Positions 1 to 11,830 of a stretch of 37,637 bases of DNA are shown piece after piece. How positions within the stretch are numbered: position 1 is the stretch's first letter; every line of letters starts with the position of its first letter. Source of the DNA: Octopus bimaculoides (Eukaryota). The translations under genes and the position numbers were made by a program. Location: assembly GCF_001194135.2 (NCBI RefSeq), contig NC_068995.1:1907022-1944658 (forward strand), written 5' to 3'. The notes under the pieces were generated by a model that worked only from the letters and a program-made list of their open reading frames with translations, was not told the origin of the DNA and ran no database searches.

Positions 1-285
1 GGATTTTCGAGCGAGATCGTTGCCAGTGCCCCTGGACTGGCTTGTTCGGGTGGCACATAAAAGACACCATTTCGAGCGTGGCCGTTTTCGTGCGGGTGAC
101 ACGTAAAAGCACCCACTACACTCTCTGAGTGGTTGGCGTTAGGAAGGGCATCCAGCTGTAGAAACTCTGCCAAATCAGACTGGAGCCTGGTGTTGCCATC
201 CGGTTTCACCAGTCCTCAGTCAAATCGTCCAACCCATGCTAGCATGGAAAGCGGACGTTAAACGATGATGATGATGATGATGATT
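1..285 (+). mobile_element. Family C retroposon 3' portion ending in (GAT)n tail (SINE or LINE 3' UTR), within CHD1L intron 2
   Basis: Homologous to 14760-15040 (+) and 11310-11520 (-); ends ccaacccatgctagcatggaaagcggacgttaaac(gat)n. Confidence 0.8.
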
Positions 286-672
286 AAGGTTCTACCTGAA
301 CTGACATGGAGAACAGAAGGAAGGAAATAAATAATAATAATAATAATAACAATCACCACCACTGCTGCCAACCATCACCATCATCATCATCATCACTTTC
401 ACTGCTTTCAGCACTGCCATTTCCCTCCACTTCCTCCTCATCTATCAACAACAACTTCCACATGAGTCTGACACAATGATAGACAGAGTGTTCCATTCCG
501 TCACCAGTGTCCCAAGTTCTTCACAAGTTGTGGCATTACAGCCCTTCATTCAGATCTTAACCTTGGATGTATCTTCCCAAAGGTCAGTGGTCGGAAGAAG
601 AAGACTCGGTTAGTGGAAAGGAACAAACAAACAAACAAATATGCAAGAAGAAGAAGAAGACATCAAGGTTAC

Positions 673-785
673 CTGGCAGGTTTTACCGAGACCCATTTCG
701 TCTCCAAGGATACAGCCATGTTTGTTGTAGTATTGTGACAGCAACCAGTTCACCCCTGACAATTGGTATTCATGGAGTTTAAGGT
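673..785 (-). CDS. CHD1L: CHD1L/ALC1-like SNF2 helicase, exon 2 ([38 protein letters not shown]; Q motif and Walker A)
   Basis: Acceptor ttcttctgattcag| at 786/785 and donor CAG|GTAACC at 673/672; 113 nt. The SNF2 motif I reads [15 protein letters not shown]. The [11 protein letters not shown] variant (G rather than A before DEMG) is characteristic of CHD1L. Confidence 0.92.
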
Positions 786-1119
786 CTGAATCAGAAGAAA
801 AAAACAATTAAACAACAAAAACACGAATCTTTACATCCAACTTAATATGGATGTATTGTTAGAACACAAAATACTGCATTGTTAGCCTTGAGAGATCCTC
901 TCATATGGGGGCTTAAAAGCATACACATAGAGTTCCAGTGCCCATGACCGGTGATTCTCATCTGCTACAATCTAGGAGTGTGCTTTTATACACCAAGCCG
1001 CTATAAAAGATCTCTCAAGGATTTTGTGTTCTAACAAGACACCCACATTAAGTTGGTTATAAAGATTATCCTTTGGTACTAATACTGCTTCTGTTACTAA
1101 TTAATAAATAATAATAATA

Positions 1120-1560
1120 ATCCTTTCTGTTATAAGTAGGTCTGATATTTTAGGAGTGGGTTTGTCAGTTACATTGATCCCAGTGCATAACTGGTACTTA
1201 TTTTATTGACTCCAAAAATACGAAGATGTTAAGTTGACCTTGGCAGACTTTAAACTTAGAACATAGAGAAAGATGAAATCCTATTAAGCAGTTTTGTCTG
1301 GGATGCTAAGAATTCTGCCAGTTTGCCACCTTAATAATAACAATGGTTTCGAATTCTGGCACAGAGCCAAAGGAAAGAGGACAGTCAATTACATTGACCC
1401 CCCCAGTACTTGACCAGTACTTATTTGACCAACCCCAAAAGGATGAAAGGCAAAGTCAACCTCGGCAGAATTTGAACTCAGGATGTAAAGACGGACGAAA
1501 TGCCACCAAGCACTCAACTATAAGTGCATTTCATCTTATAGCAGAAACAGCTGTAAGCCT
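1120..1560 (-). mobile_element. Two tandem, diverged family A tRNA-derived SINE copies
   Basis: Both carry the tggtacttattt...gac.cc.aaa.gatgaa.g.caa.gt.gacct.ggcag..ttt.aact core seen in the intact copy at 37040-37242. Confidence 0.75.
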
Positions 1561-1924
1561 ATGAAGTTCATGGCAATTTCTTATTCACTTGTCACTTTAG
1601 TTTCTTATATATGTGTGTATGTATATATATACATATATAAATATATTAAAATATTAAATTTAACTTACAAAAAAATTAAGAAAAAAAAATGGAAGAGCCT
1701 NNNNNNNNNNNNNNNNNNNNNNNNNNNNNNNNNNNNNNNNNNNNNNNNNNNNNNNNNNNNNNNNNNNNNNNNNNNNTCGGGGTTCAAAAAGAGCTAATGC
1801 CACCTGGGTGATCATTATATCTTTCAATTTCTAATTTTTTATTTGTAATGTTTTTTTCTAAAAAAACATCTTTCTACAACATGCAAATAAATCAGTAATT
1901 TCTCCTTGTTTTTCTCTGTGTGTA

Positions 1925-1981
<57 letters not shown>

Positions 1982-2959
1982 GGCGCATAAGTGTTTGCTG
2001 GATGTGTTTTATTGTGGCACCAGCACCAGTGGGGTTGTCTTGTACCCCACATGATGAAAGAGTCTTCTCTACTTTATAGTGTCTCTGTTCATTCAAAACA
2101 GGATAACTGAGTGGGTGAATAGAGGAGAGGGAAATAACAGGAAGACTGGGATGAGTGGATAAAGAAAGAGAGAATATGGTGAGAGAAACAGTGATTGGAG
2201 TTAGCTGGTAGTAGAGGAAGGGTAATGTAAAAGAGACAGTAAGGGCAGGGAGTGATGGAAGATATGCAGTGATGGCAGCTACATGTTTAGTGGTGTGAGG
2301 GGGATTAAATGATGGGGCAGTATTAGTGGTTAATGAGGGTAAGAGAATGAGATGATTGTTAGTAATGAGTGGCTTGGGAGAGAGGAAGTGATGACCGACA
2401 GAACAGAAAGAGACAGCAGGTTTGCATGCTTTGTAAACGATATCATTGGTGTTAGATCATATCATTTACAATCAGACATGGCTGGCCATTAGAAAGACCA
2501 GAAGAAACAGTACTTTACTTGGAAACAAATGAAGGTTGATGACAGGAAGGACATCCAGCTGCAGAAAATCTTGCCTCAATAGGTCTTGTTGGATCCCTGC
2601 TACCACGAAATAGTGGATATTAAAAAGTTATAATGATGATATACAAACATCATTTGTAAAGTTTTACATCCATTTCTTTATGCTAGCATGAGTAGGAGGA
2701 ATATATTATTGAGGTGTTGTTTTGCTGCCAGATGCTCTTCCTGTCACTAACCCTTACATGCTTTTCAAATAAGGGATCTCTTATTTCACAAGTCTTCATA
2801 GACACAAAACTAGCAGATGACTCACTGACAAAGTCATCTGCTGGTTTTTCCCCTTTGAAGATGTCACTGAATGACTTTCAGAGAAACACAAATATAAACA
2901 GATGACGATGGCATCAATAAATATATTCCCATGTATTTCTCTACACTGTAGCTTATATA

Positions 2960-3295
2960 CACCAGCATGTTTGTTTGTATAACGGCATGGTTCTGAGTTC
3001 AGTCCCACTGTGTGGTACCTTGGGCAAGTGTCCTCTACTATAGACACAAGCCAACCAAAGGCTCGTGGATGGATTTGGTAGACAGAAACAGGAAGAAGCC
3101 CATTGTGTGTGTGTGTGTGTTTTTGCCCCTCACCACCACTTGGCAACTGGTGTTGATGTGTTAATGTCCCTCATAACTTAGTGGTTCAACAAAAGAGATC
3201 GATACAATAAGTACCAGGGTTGATTTATTCAACTAAAAATTCTTCATGGTGGTGCTCCAGTAAGGCCACAGTCTAATGGCTGACATAAAAGATGA
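2960..3295 (+). mobile_element. Family B tRNA-derived SINE
   Basis: Head catggttctgagttcagtcccactg...ccttgggcaagtgtc, then an internal (TG)n and a 3' body with ggtgctccag; homologous to 36335-36705. Confidence 0.75.
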
Positions 3296-3534
3296 GATAC
3301 ATATATAATGGCCAGCACATTTGAATAGATAGTAATTTAACTACTATTCCTACCATGACCTTCCCTACTTTAGTGTAGGACATTTTTTTTTAATGGCTTA
3401 CTCAGAGAAAGAAAGACAACTCCTTGACTCTTTTTGGGGTCTCTGTGACCCTTGTAGATGTTATCCTCATACCAGAGATTTGGCCTTAATACTAGAGATG
3501 GTGAAATCTGCTGAAGGCAAACATAAGGCATGAG

Positions 3535-3722
3535 GTGATGGTGTTAAGGACAGGTTACCATCAAACACTGGAACAGATAGGCTTCCATACAGTTTCCATC
3601 AACCAAGTGTTACTCAAGACACTTTGGTCGATCTTAAGCTTGCCCAAGATGAGGTTTAGCACGATTGAACCTGAAACCACGTAGTTTCAAACCAAAGTTC
3701 TTTACCACATAACCATGCCAGT
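3535..3722 (-). mobile_element. Family B SINE 5' half, diverged, inverted relative to 2960-3295
   Basis: The reverse complement reads ggcatggttatgtggtaaag...gtggtttcaggttcaatc...cttgggcaag...gaccaaag...gatggaaactg...gaagcc. Confidence 0.55.
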
Positions 3723-3794
3723 TGTTACATAGAATTATAACAATGAGGTCTCTCTTCCAGAGACAGTAGCGAGTTCACAAAAAAGGTACACAGG

Positions 3795-3975
3795 TGCGTG
3801 TTTGTCCCCCACCATCGCTTTGACAACCAGTATTGGTGTGTTTACATTCCCGGAACTTAGCGGCTCGGAGGATACGACAGAATAAGTACGAGGATTCGAT
3901 TCATTCGACTAAAAACATATTCAAGATGGTGCACCAGCATGACCGCAGTCAAATAATTGAAACAAGTAAAAAATA
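3795..3975 (+). mobile_element. Family B SINE 3' half
   Basis: tttgtcccccaccatcgctttgacaacc...ggtgtgtttac...ggaacttagcgg...gaataagtac...ggtgcaccagcatgaccgcagtcaaat, as at 26110-26310. Confidence 0.75.
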
Positions 3976-4954
3976 AATGATAATAAACGTGGTTAGCTAT
4001 ATTGTGGTGAAATAATGCCCTCTCTAGGGAACGAACCAGAGAACAGCACAACTACTTTTCATTGGTTCTCGCCTCTTTATGTTGGACTTGTTCACTTGTT
4101 ATTCAAGAACTTCAGTTTTTTGTATTTCTGAATAGAAAGTGGGTTTCATTTTGCAGCATATTGTTGTAAATGGAGGCACAGTTCACTAAGTTAGTTGGTC
4201 AGGATGTACACTTTGGTATGGTCGATAGAAATAGTTGTCAGTATCTAAGAAAGTTATTATTAATAATATATAAAAAGGAATGGAGGTTTACAGTCGGTAG
4301 TTTGTGGAATTTAGTTTTAGTCACGACTATCGAGAACTATGATACAAAATACTTTTTGTAAGTTGGTTGTATGTACAACTAAAAATTATATCGATAGCAG
4401 GAAATGCAAGGATAGCTAGATATGCAGGTAAGAAGATAAGGTGTTTTAAAATATAGAAGTTATTTAAATGAAGAAGAAAAATCAAACGAAACTAGAAATG
4501 GCTTGTATCGGCAAATAATTTTTTAAAAAAAGTTCAGAGTGAAATAATTTTAAGCTGTGAGGAACCCTCACAACTCAATATTTATTCTATGAATTGAAGT
4601 TTTTGTTATACATGTTAACACACGTATATGCGTGTGTGTATGAAAGAGAAAGAGAGAGAGAGAGAGAGACCCATTGAGTTTCTACGCAGTAGAAATTGAA
4701 AATACTGACAGAAAATTACATTGACTGTCAACATAAAAGAACTGAAACTAAACTCAGAAATACAAACAACCGTTAAAATAATGCTAACGGTTATTTATAA
4801 GTATATATAAGAGTATGCTTGTTGGTATCTATGTGTATGTATATGAACACACCGATTTCCCTGCCATAACAACGGTTTACCCGCGGTTTTTTTTGACCGG
4901 GTTGTCGATAAACAAAAAGAGAAAGTCTGTCTAAACTGTAAATTATCAAATTAC

Positions 4955-5054
4955 CTGACCAACCAAACTGTTTAATATGGTTATGTGAACTGATGTAAGT
5001 CGAATGGGGAGTTAACAGTTGTAGCTGTTCTATCTTCGCTAGGATTTCCTTCAT
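4955..5054 (-). CDS. CHD1L: CHD1L/ALC1-like SNF2 helicase, coding exon 1 (MKEILAKIEQLQLLTPHSTYISSHNHIKQFGWS + G)
   Basis: ATG at 5052-5054 and donor TCAG|GTAATT at 4955/4954. The 100-nt exon ends in phase 1 and joins exon 2 in frame (G|AC = Asp). IKQFGWS aligns with the LRQWGLT segment that precedes the ATPase domain in vertebrate CHD1L (recalled). Confidence 0.8.
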
Positions 5055-5919
5055 TATTCATCACAACACAGAACCACCCGTAAGTTAGAGCAGGACACGG
5101 TGTAACAGGAAGCTTTTATCCTCTCAAATAATCACCCCAGATAAAAACAGGTGCCTTAAATCTCGATCGGGTAGAAAAGCGGTCAAATCTTTCTCAAAGT
5201 TATTATCGATGTATATGGATTCATGCAATAACGTTTAGTACTACATATCTTTACAAAAAAGACAGGATAGTCACGACTGGAATGCCTTTGATTGTAGGTT
5301 TTGTTAATCAGTTTTGACCAGTAACCATAAATTCAATGAGGGCAGCTCTGACGTGCTCATTTGGTCTGCTAGAAATAGCTGTCAAATCTCCATCAAATTT
5401 CATCCTGCCGTCTGAAAAGTAGAAGGACACACTGGAAAATGTATTCTTATAAACCTTTAAAAAGACGAGATGATCGTGGATGGATTACCTTTGATGATGG
5501 TTGTGCTAAATAAGGATTCAACCGTGGTTTTAATTGCAACTTCTGTTTTCCCTATGTTGTTTCAAGTGCCACACGTTGAGGAAACGTATAGCTACGGGCT
5601 AACTGCGGCCCGGCTGACGACGAACCATATCTCATGCGGCCTGCTTCTCAAAACCAAATTACCCATGACTGGCAAGGTTGAGTGAATGTACACTATGGTT
5701 CATTTTTATTGACCCCCGAAACGAAATGGTCACAACAAATGATTTAGTAGAGACGAAATATTTCAAGTTGTTTCGTCCAACGAGCCAATGGTCATGCTGA
5801 TCAGCTTAAGAATAACCATTGAAAACAAAACGAAATATAGCTTTACATATTCTTTTACACGTTTCGACCAAAAAGCTGTGGCCATACTGGAGCAAGTGTA
5901 TTTTGTATTTCTAATATTA

Positions 5920-6400
5920 TAGTTAGCAATATTAAGTAGGATAGCTACCCGTAGGGTAGGTACTACTGTTAATGAGGACAGATACCCTTACTAATTTGGA
6001 CAGGTACCAATGAGAACAAGGGTACGTACCTTTAGTAAGTAGGATAAGTAACTCAAATTACTAGGAGCAGTACCGTTACTTTTAATAACTAGGGTAGGTA
6101 CGTCAAATAACCCTGAGAGGTACCTCCACTAATTCTGGTATGTACCTTTAATAACTAGGATAAGTACTTCTATTTATTAGGATAGGTTCTTGCAATAACA
6201 AGGAGAACAAGAATAGGTACCTCAAGTATGTATGATAAGTAACTCAAATGACTAGGAGAGGTACCTCTACTTCTAATAAGTAGGGTAGGTACATCTAATA
6301 ACAAGGATAGGTTTCAATGAGAACTAAGATTGGTACCTCTAAAAACTTGCAGAGGTGCTGCTGATATGTGAGGTAGGTATCTCTAATAAGTAGCGTTTGT
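5920..6400. repeat. Degenerate tandem array, ~21-nt unit (AATAACTAGGATAGGTACCTC-like) with ~190-bp higher-order repeat
   Basis: Recurrent taataa(c/g)tagg(a/g)taggtacc. Block 6039-6105 recurs at ~6229-6295. Confidence 0.7.
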
Positions 6401-7346
6401 CCTGAAAACAACTCTTATAGGCACTGGTGTCAGAGCAGGTACTGGTATCCTGGCTGTTATCACTTGATCTCCAACCACCTTCCTCTCACTTCACATTGTC
6501 TCAAAGAATTGGAAAGATAATCTAGAACAATAGACACATTATATCCACTGGCACAGGAAGGAAATTTGCTTAAGGGGTGAAAAATAAGGTCCAAAATTTT
6601 CGTACAAATAAAGGTCTTATTGTTATTTTATTTATTTTTGTTCTTTGAGAAGAAATCTAACTTGAAGCTACAAATCCCTTCTAATGCAATGTTTTCTAAA
6701 CCTGAGAAAATTAAGTAGGGGGTGCAAATTTTAGGAGGTGTACTTGCACCCCATGTTACTGGGACCATGATTAGATCTGGATAAAAGAGTTGTAGTCATG
6801 GCTAGAATGTCTTTAATAGAAGGTTCTTTAGATTAAGGTTGGATTGGAGTTAAACAAAGCAAGAACAGTTTGATAATCTGGTCTTGGATAATGTCTGAAT
6901 AAGAAGCTAGGGATGGTCACTTGTGGAACGTCTTTGATCTTGGAATTAAACAACACCACCAATGGTGTTGTGGTGTAAGTGACAGTAACCTCACCCCCAA
7001 CGCCCCCTCCCACTGACAATGAATTAGAAGTTTTTTCATCAACATAAAATATTATTATTGATTATTTGATTAGAGCTACAGCTGTTGACATAGGTCAAGG
7101 TCACAGCACCTGTTGGTGGTGGCAGTAGGAGTGGTAGTGCTAATGGTGGTGGTGGTGGTGGTGTGGTGGTTGTGATGATGGTGGTGGTAGTAGTGCTGTT
7201 GATGATGTTGATGATGATGGTAATGATTGTAAGTGTTGGGTGACAAGTATAATGTTTATGGTTGTGGTAGTGGTGATGGCTGTATGTGGTGGTGTTGGCG
7301 TGGGAGTGGTGGTGGTGATGTGGGAATAGGAGTGGTAGTGGTAGTG

Positions 7347-8246
7347 NNNNNNNNNNNNNNNNNNNNNNNNNNNNNNNNNNNNNNNNNNNNNNNNNNNNNN
7401 NNNNNNNNNNNNNNNNNNNNNNNNNNNNNNNNNNNNNNNNNNNNNNNNNNNNNNNNNNNNNNNNNNNNNNNNNNNNNNNNNNNNNNNNNNNNNNNNNNNN
7501 NNNNNNNNNNNNNNNNNNNNNNNNNNNNNNNNNNNNNNNNNNNNNNNNNNNNNNNNNNNNNNNNNNNNNNNNNNNNNNNNNNNNNNNNNNNNNNNNNNNN
7601 NNNNNNNNNNNNNNNNNNNNNNNNNNNNNNNNNNNNNNNNNNNNNNNNNNNNNNNNNNNNNNNNNNNNNNNNNNNNNNNNNNNNNNNNNNNNNNNNNNNN
7701 NNNNNNNNNNNNNNNNNNNNNNNNNNNNNNNNNNNNNNNNNNNNNNNNNNNNNNNNNNNNNNNNNNNNNNNNNNNNNNNNNNNNNNNNNNNNNNNNNNNN
7801 NNNNNNNNNNNNNNNNNNNNNNNNNNNNNNNNNNNNNNNNNNNNNNNNNNNNNNNNNNNNNNNNNNNNNNNNNNNNNNNNNNNNNNNNNNNNNNNNNNNN
7901 NNNNNNNNNNNNNNNNNNNNNNNNNNNNNNNNNNNNNNNNNNNNNNNNNNNNNNNNNNNNNNNNNNNNNNNNNNNNNNNNNNNNNNNNNNNNNNNNNNNN
8001 NNNNNNNNNNNNNNNNNNNNNNNNNNNNNNNNNNNNNNNNNNNNNNNNNNNNNNNNNNNNNNNNNNNNNNNNNNNNNNNNNNNNNNNNNNNNNNNNNNNN
8101 NNNNNNNNNNNNNNNNNNNNNNNNNNNNNNNNNNNNNNNNNNNNNNNNNNNNNNNNNNNNNNNNNNNNNNNNNNNNNNNNNNNNNNNNNNNNNNNNNNNN
8201 NNNNNNNNNNNNNNNNNNNNNNNNNNNNNNNNNNNNNNNNNNNNNT
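7347..8246. other. Assembly gap (others: 1701-1775, 11419-11428, 13260-14007, 18928-19611, 28742-29378)
   Basis: N runs, mostly flanked by SSRs. Confidence 0.98.
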
Positions 8247-8629
8247 GTCAATGTAATTAATTCCAAAGTAGGTCGACATATTTGTGCTGAATCAAGACTA
8301 TTTTAATCAATTGATTACCACAAACATTTTCATCTGACATATTTCTGATCAAACTTTTTGCTGATGAATCTTAAAATGGCAACTGGGAATTTGGTTTTTT
8401 AAAAATTTTTTTGTGTGTGTGTGTGCTTTTTTTTTTTTATATAAACCATTCTCTGAAATAATGAGTTTATTCTTCAATGACATGTCCAGTTTGAAAGTTT
8501 GTGTCCCCTTGATGAAATATAAAGTCCTCCTCCTCCTCCTCCTCGCCTCCCCTCCTCGTCCATTTCCTCCACTCCCCTCCTCCTCCCCCACCCTCCTCAG
8601 AATGAGGGACCTGTTGTTTTAGCACTGTG

Positions 8630-8930
8630 AAAGGGCTTGGCTTAGTGGTTAGGGCATTCAGCTCATGATCATAAAGTTGTGAGTTCAAATCCCGGGTGAT
8701 ATGTTGTGTCTTTGAGCAAGACACTTTATTTCACATTCCTCTAGTCCACTCAGCTGGCAAAAATGTACCTGTAATTCAAAAGGGCCAGTCTTGTCACCTT
8801 CTGTATCACTCTGAATCTCCCTGAGAACTATGTTAAGGCTACATGTGTCTGTGGAGAACTCAGCCACTTGCATAGGCTGTTCCAATGATCGAATCAACTG
8901 GAACCTTTGTTGTCATAAGCGACAGAGGGC
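8630..8930 (+). mobile_element. Family D tRNA-derived SINE
   Basis: A-box-like tggcttagtggtt and B-box-like gagttcaaatccc; body homologous to 11530-11830 and 23565-24595. Confidence 0.8.
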
Positions 8931-9869
8931 CAGGAGGATTTCATAACCAATGAGGGAGTTGTGATTTTATAACCAATACCAGTAATAACTGATTAGATTA
9001 GGAAGGTAATTTACAGGCTGGCTTTCAGTAATTCAAGATTATGACACAATTTTAGTTTCTATTTGGAAAGGGATGCATGCCACAACTTCCTATTTATCCA
9101 ACCCAGAAATTAGGAATATTTTGTATTTAGACAAGGAATGATGGGTGATGGTGAGGACCACAGAGTTCCTTGTTATTTACTAAGCAAACAGAGGTAGCAG
9201 TTCTGGGTTCAACCTCAGTCTACTTCATTTACATCACAAATGTCTTTGAGAAAGGCATGAACACCACTCATTCTCAGTCTTCAAATAACATAGAATCTCA
9301 TGCATCACCAAAGGAAACATCAACTTTGATGGTTGCTCGTGAGATAGATTTTACTCAGATTTATGGCTTTGATTGAACCAGATAGAGTTCAGTATCCTGA
9401 CCAAGGATGGGTGCACAGCAATGCTAATGACTGGGTTTGAAACCTCTAACCTTCTACTTATAGCCTGGCATGTGATTATTGACTTATTAACAAAAGAAAT
9501 GGCAAGGCATAGTTTTTGCGTAAATACGTATATGACAACATGTACAATGCTTACTATGTATATATGTGTGTGTATATATATGTATGTATGTATGAACTTT
9601 ATGTTAGTTAATATATGTGTATATGTATGTATGTTTGTATGTACGTATGTATGTATGTGTTTATGTATGCATGTATGTTTTTAGTTTTGTGAAAATATAG
9701 TGTGAATAGGTCACTCAAGTTACAGTAGTCAAATGAAACTGGAGATGTGTTTATTAAATATATTGTTCATAATTTCATATACTTATATATCTTATTGGCT
9801 TGTCTAATTTTTGCTGATAGTATCTCAGTTTATACATGATAAAGGGCTGCCCTTATGCACACACACACA

Positions 9870-11220
9870 CAACCATCCCAGGCCCATGTTACAAAACTGC
9901 TCGTGTATCTGGGACAGTGTTGTCATTTTATATAGAAATATCGTAGACCACGTTACAATATTGCTCATACATCTGGACCAGTGTTGCTGTTACAAACACG
10001 GACATCTTAGATCCATGTTACAGTATTGTTCAGATATCTTGGACAGTGATGTTGTGACATGAACACACATCTCAGATGGCATTACAATACTGCTCACATA
10101 TGAAGGACTGTGAGACTGTTCTATGCACAAACATCATATGCCACATTCTAGTATTGCTCACATATCTAGGACAGTAATGCCGTTACACACATAAACAGCC
10201 TAGACCCACATCACAGTATTGCTCACATATTAGACACCGCTGCTGTTACATACACAAACATCTCTGACCCACATTACAGTACTGCTAAAATATCTGGGAA
10301 AATGCTGCTGTGACAGAAACATCAGAGGCCCACATTTCAGTGCTGCGCACAAATCTAGGGCAGTGATACTCTTACACACACACACACACACACACATCAT
10401 GTACTCATATTATAGATGGCTGCTCATAAACTTAAGACTATGATACTTAAATATATACAAACATGATAAGACCCACAGTGGACTACACCCCATGAATGTG
10501 GAACAGTGATGTTATTCAATACACAGCATAAGACCCACATCACAATCCTACTTATAAATCTGCTTACCAAACTGATACAGTTACACACATAAGCACCAAA
10601 GATATATATTACACTACACCTCACAAATCTGGAATAGAGCTGCTTAGACAAACTCAGACATTGGTGTATTGCTTGCTCACATAGCTAGGACAGTGATGCT
10701 GTTACACGCCATCATAAGATTCACATTACAATATTGCTCACAAATCTAGGACATCAAGGCTGTTACCCAAACCAACATCATAAGTCCCACATTACAACAC
10801 TGCTCATAAATCTGAAGAATTAGTGATGCTGCTAAATAAAGATGCCAGCATCAGAGGCCCAGATTGCATCGCTGCTCACAAATCTATGAAGGTGATGCAG
10901 TTGCACTCAACCATGCCTCTATATCATAGGCCCACATTACAGTACCACACATAAATTTAAGACAGTGCTGCTGTTACATACACAAATATCATAGACCACA
11001 AAACGGTACTGCTAACAAGTTGAGGACAAGGTTACTGTTACACCCAGATTACAGTTCTGCTAAAATATCTGGGACAGTTCTGCTTTTACATACATAAACA
11101 TCCTCCACCCACATTAAAGTGTTGCTCACAAATCTAGGACAGGGTTACTCTAATATATACAAGTGTCATAGACCTATATTACATAGTGCTTATATAACTA
11201 CAACAGTGATGTTGTTTCAC
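9870..11220. repeat. Diverged ~64-bp minisatellite, roughly 20 units, interrupted by (CA)n
   Basis: Unit starts (atct(a/g)ggacagtg) at 9907, 9971, 10036, 10100, 10164, 10229, 10292 and 10353. Consensus-like unit: atctaggacagtgatgctgttacacacacaaacatcatagacccacattacagtattgctcaca. Confidence 0.8.
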
Positions 11221-11309
11221 ACAAACAAACATACATACACACACACACATGCACACACACATACATACATGCACACACACATACACACATACACATATAC
11301 ATACATACA

Positions 11310-11520
11310 TCATCATCATTGTCATTTAATGTCCGCTTTTCATGCTAGCATGGGTTAGACGATTTGACTGAGGACTGGCGAACCAGATGGCTGCACCAGG
11401 CTCCAATCTGATTTGGCANNNNNNNNNNTGGCGAACCAGATGGCTGCACCAGGCTCCAATCTGATTTGGCAGAATTTCTACAGCTGGATGCCCTTCCTAA
11501 TGCCAACCACTCCAAGAGTG
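11310..11520 (-). mobile_element. Family C retroposon copy spanning a 10-nt gap
   Basis: Reverse complement of the 1-285 tail; 11376-11418 is duplicated at 11429-11471 across the gap. Confidence 0.75.
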
Positions 11521-11529
11521 TACATACCT

Positions 11530-11830
11530 GGCTCTCCATTGGTTGTGATGATGAGTGTCCCAGTTGATCTGATCAATGGAACAGCCAGCTTGTGGAATTA
11601 GTGCGCAAGTGGCGGAGTGCTCCACAAACACATGTACCTTTAATTTAGTTCTTAGGGAGATTCAGTATAACACAGAGTGTGATGAGGCCAGCTCTTTGAA
11701 TTACAGGTACAACTCATTTTTGCCAGATAGGTGGACTGGAACAACGAGAAATAAGGTGCTGCTGCTGGGAATTGAACTCATGGCTTTATGATCACTAGCT
11801 GCATGCCCTAGCCACTGAGCAATGCGCCCT
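11530..11830 (-). mobile_element. Family D SINE
   Basis: Reverse-complement homology to 8630-8930. Confidence 0.75.

Noticed and set aside
420-600. Possible CHD1L exon 3
   Set aside because: No frame gives the expected TIA/S...GPFLILCPLSV-type continuation; exon 3 must lie beyond the left edge of the window.
5079-5086. Plus-strand GTAAGT donor suggesting an antisense exon over CHD1L exon 1
   Set aside because: It lies at the edge of a probable dispersed repeat, and there is no supporting exon or ORF; a single hexamer is insufficient.
7140-8306. Long ORFs of 250-380 aa here and at 12880-14094, 18722-19764 and 28626-29546
   Set aside because: They are open only because they run through N-gaps; the flanks are (GGT)n, (CAT)n or (TA)n repeats.
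8630-8710. tRNA genes at the SINE heads (also 22880-22945, 28700-28741 and 37170-37242)
   Set aside because: A/B-box-like motifs are present, but I could not build a cloverleaf and each continues into a repeat body; they are tRNA-derived SINE heads.
9870-11220. CRISPR-like repeat-spacer reading of the 64-bp array
   Set aside because: The whole unit is homologous between copies, with no unique spacers. The context is eukaryotic and there are no cas genes.
11376-11471. 43-bp direct duplication
   Set aside because: It flanks a 10-N gap exactly, so it is most likely an unmerged contig overlap.
8630-11830. Inverted family D SINEs bracketing the 64-bp array as a composite transposon
   Set aside because: No shared TSD, and SINE density here makes such an arrangement likely by chance.
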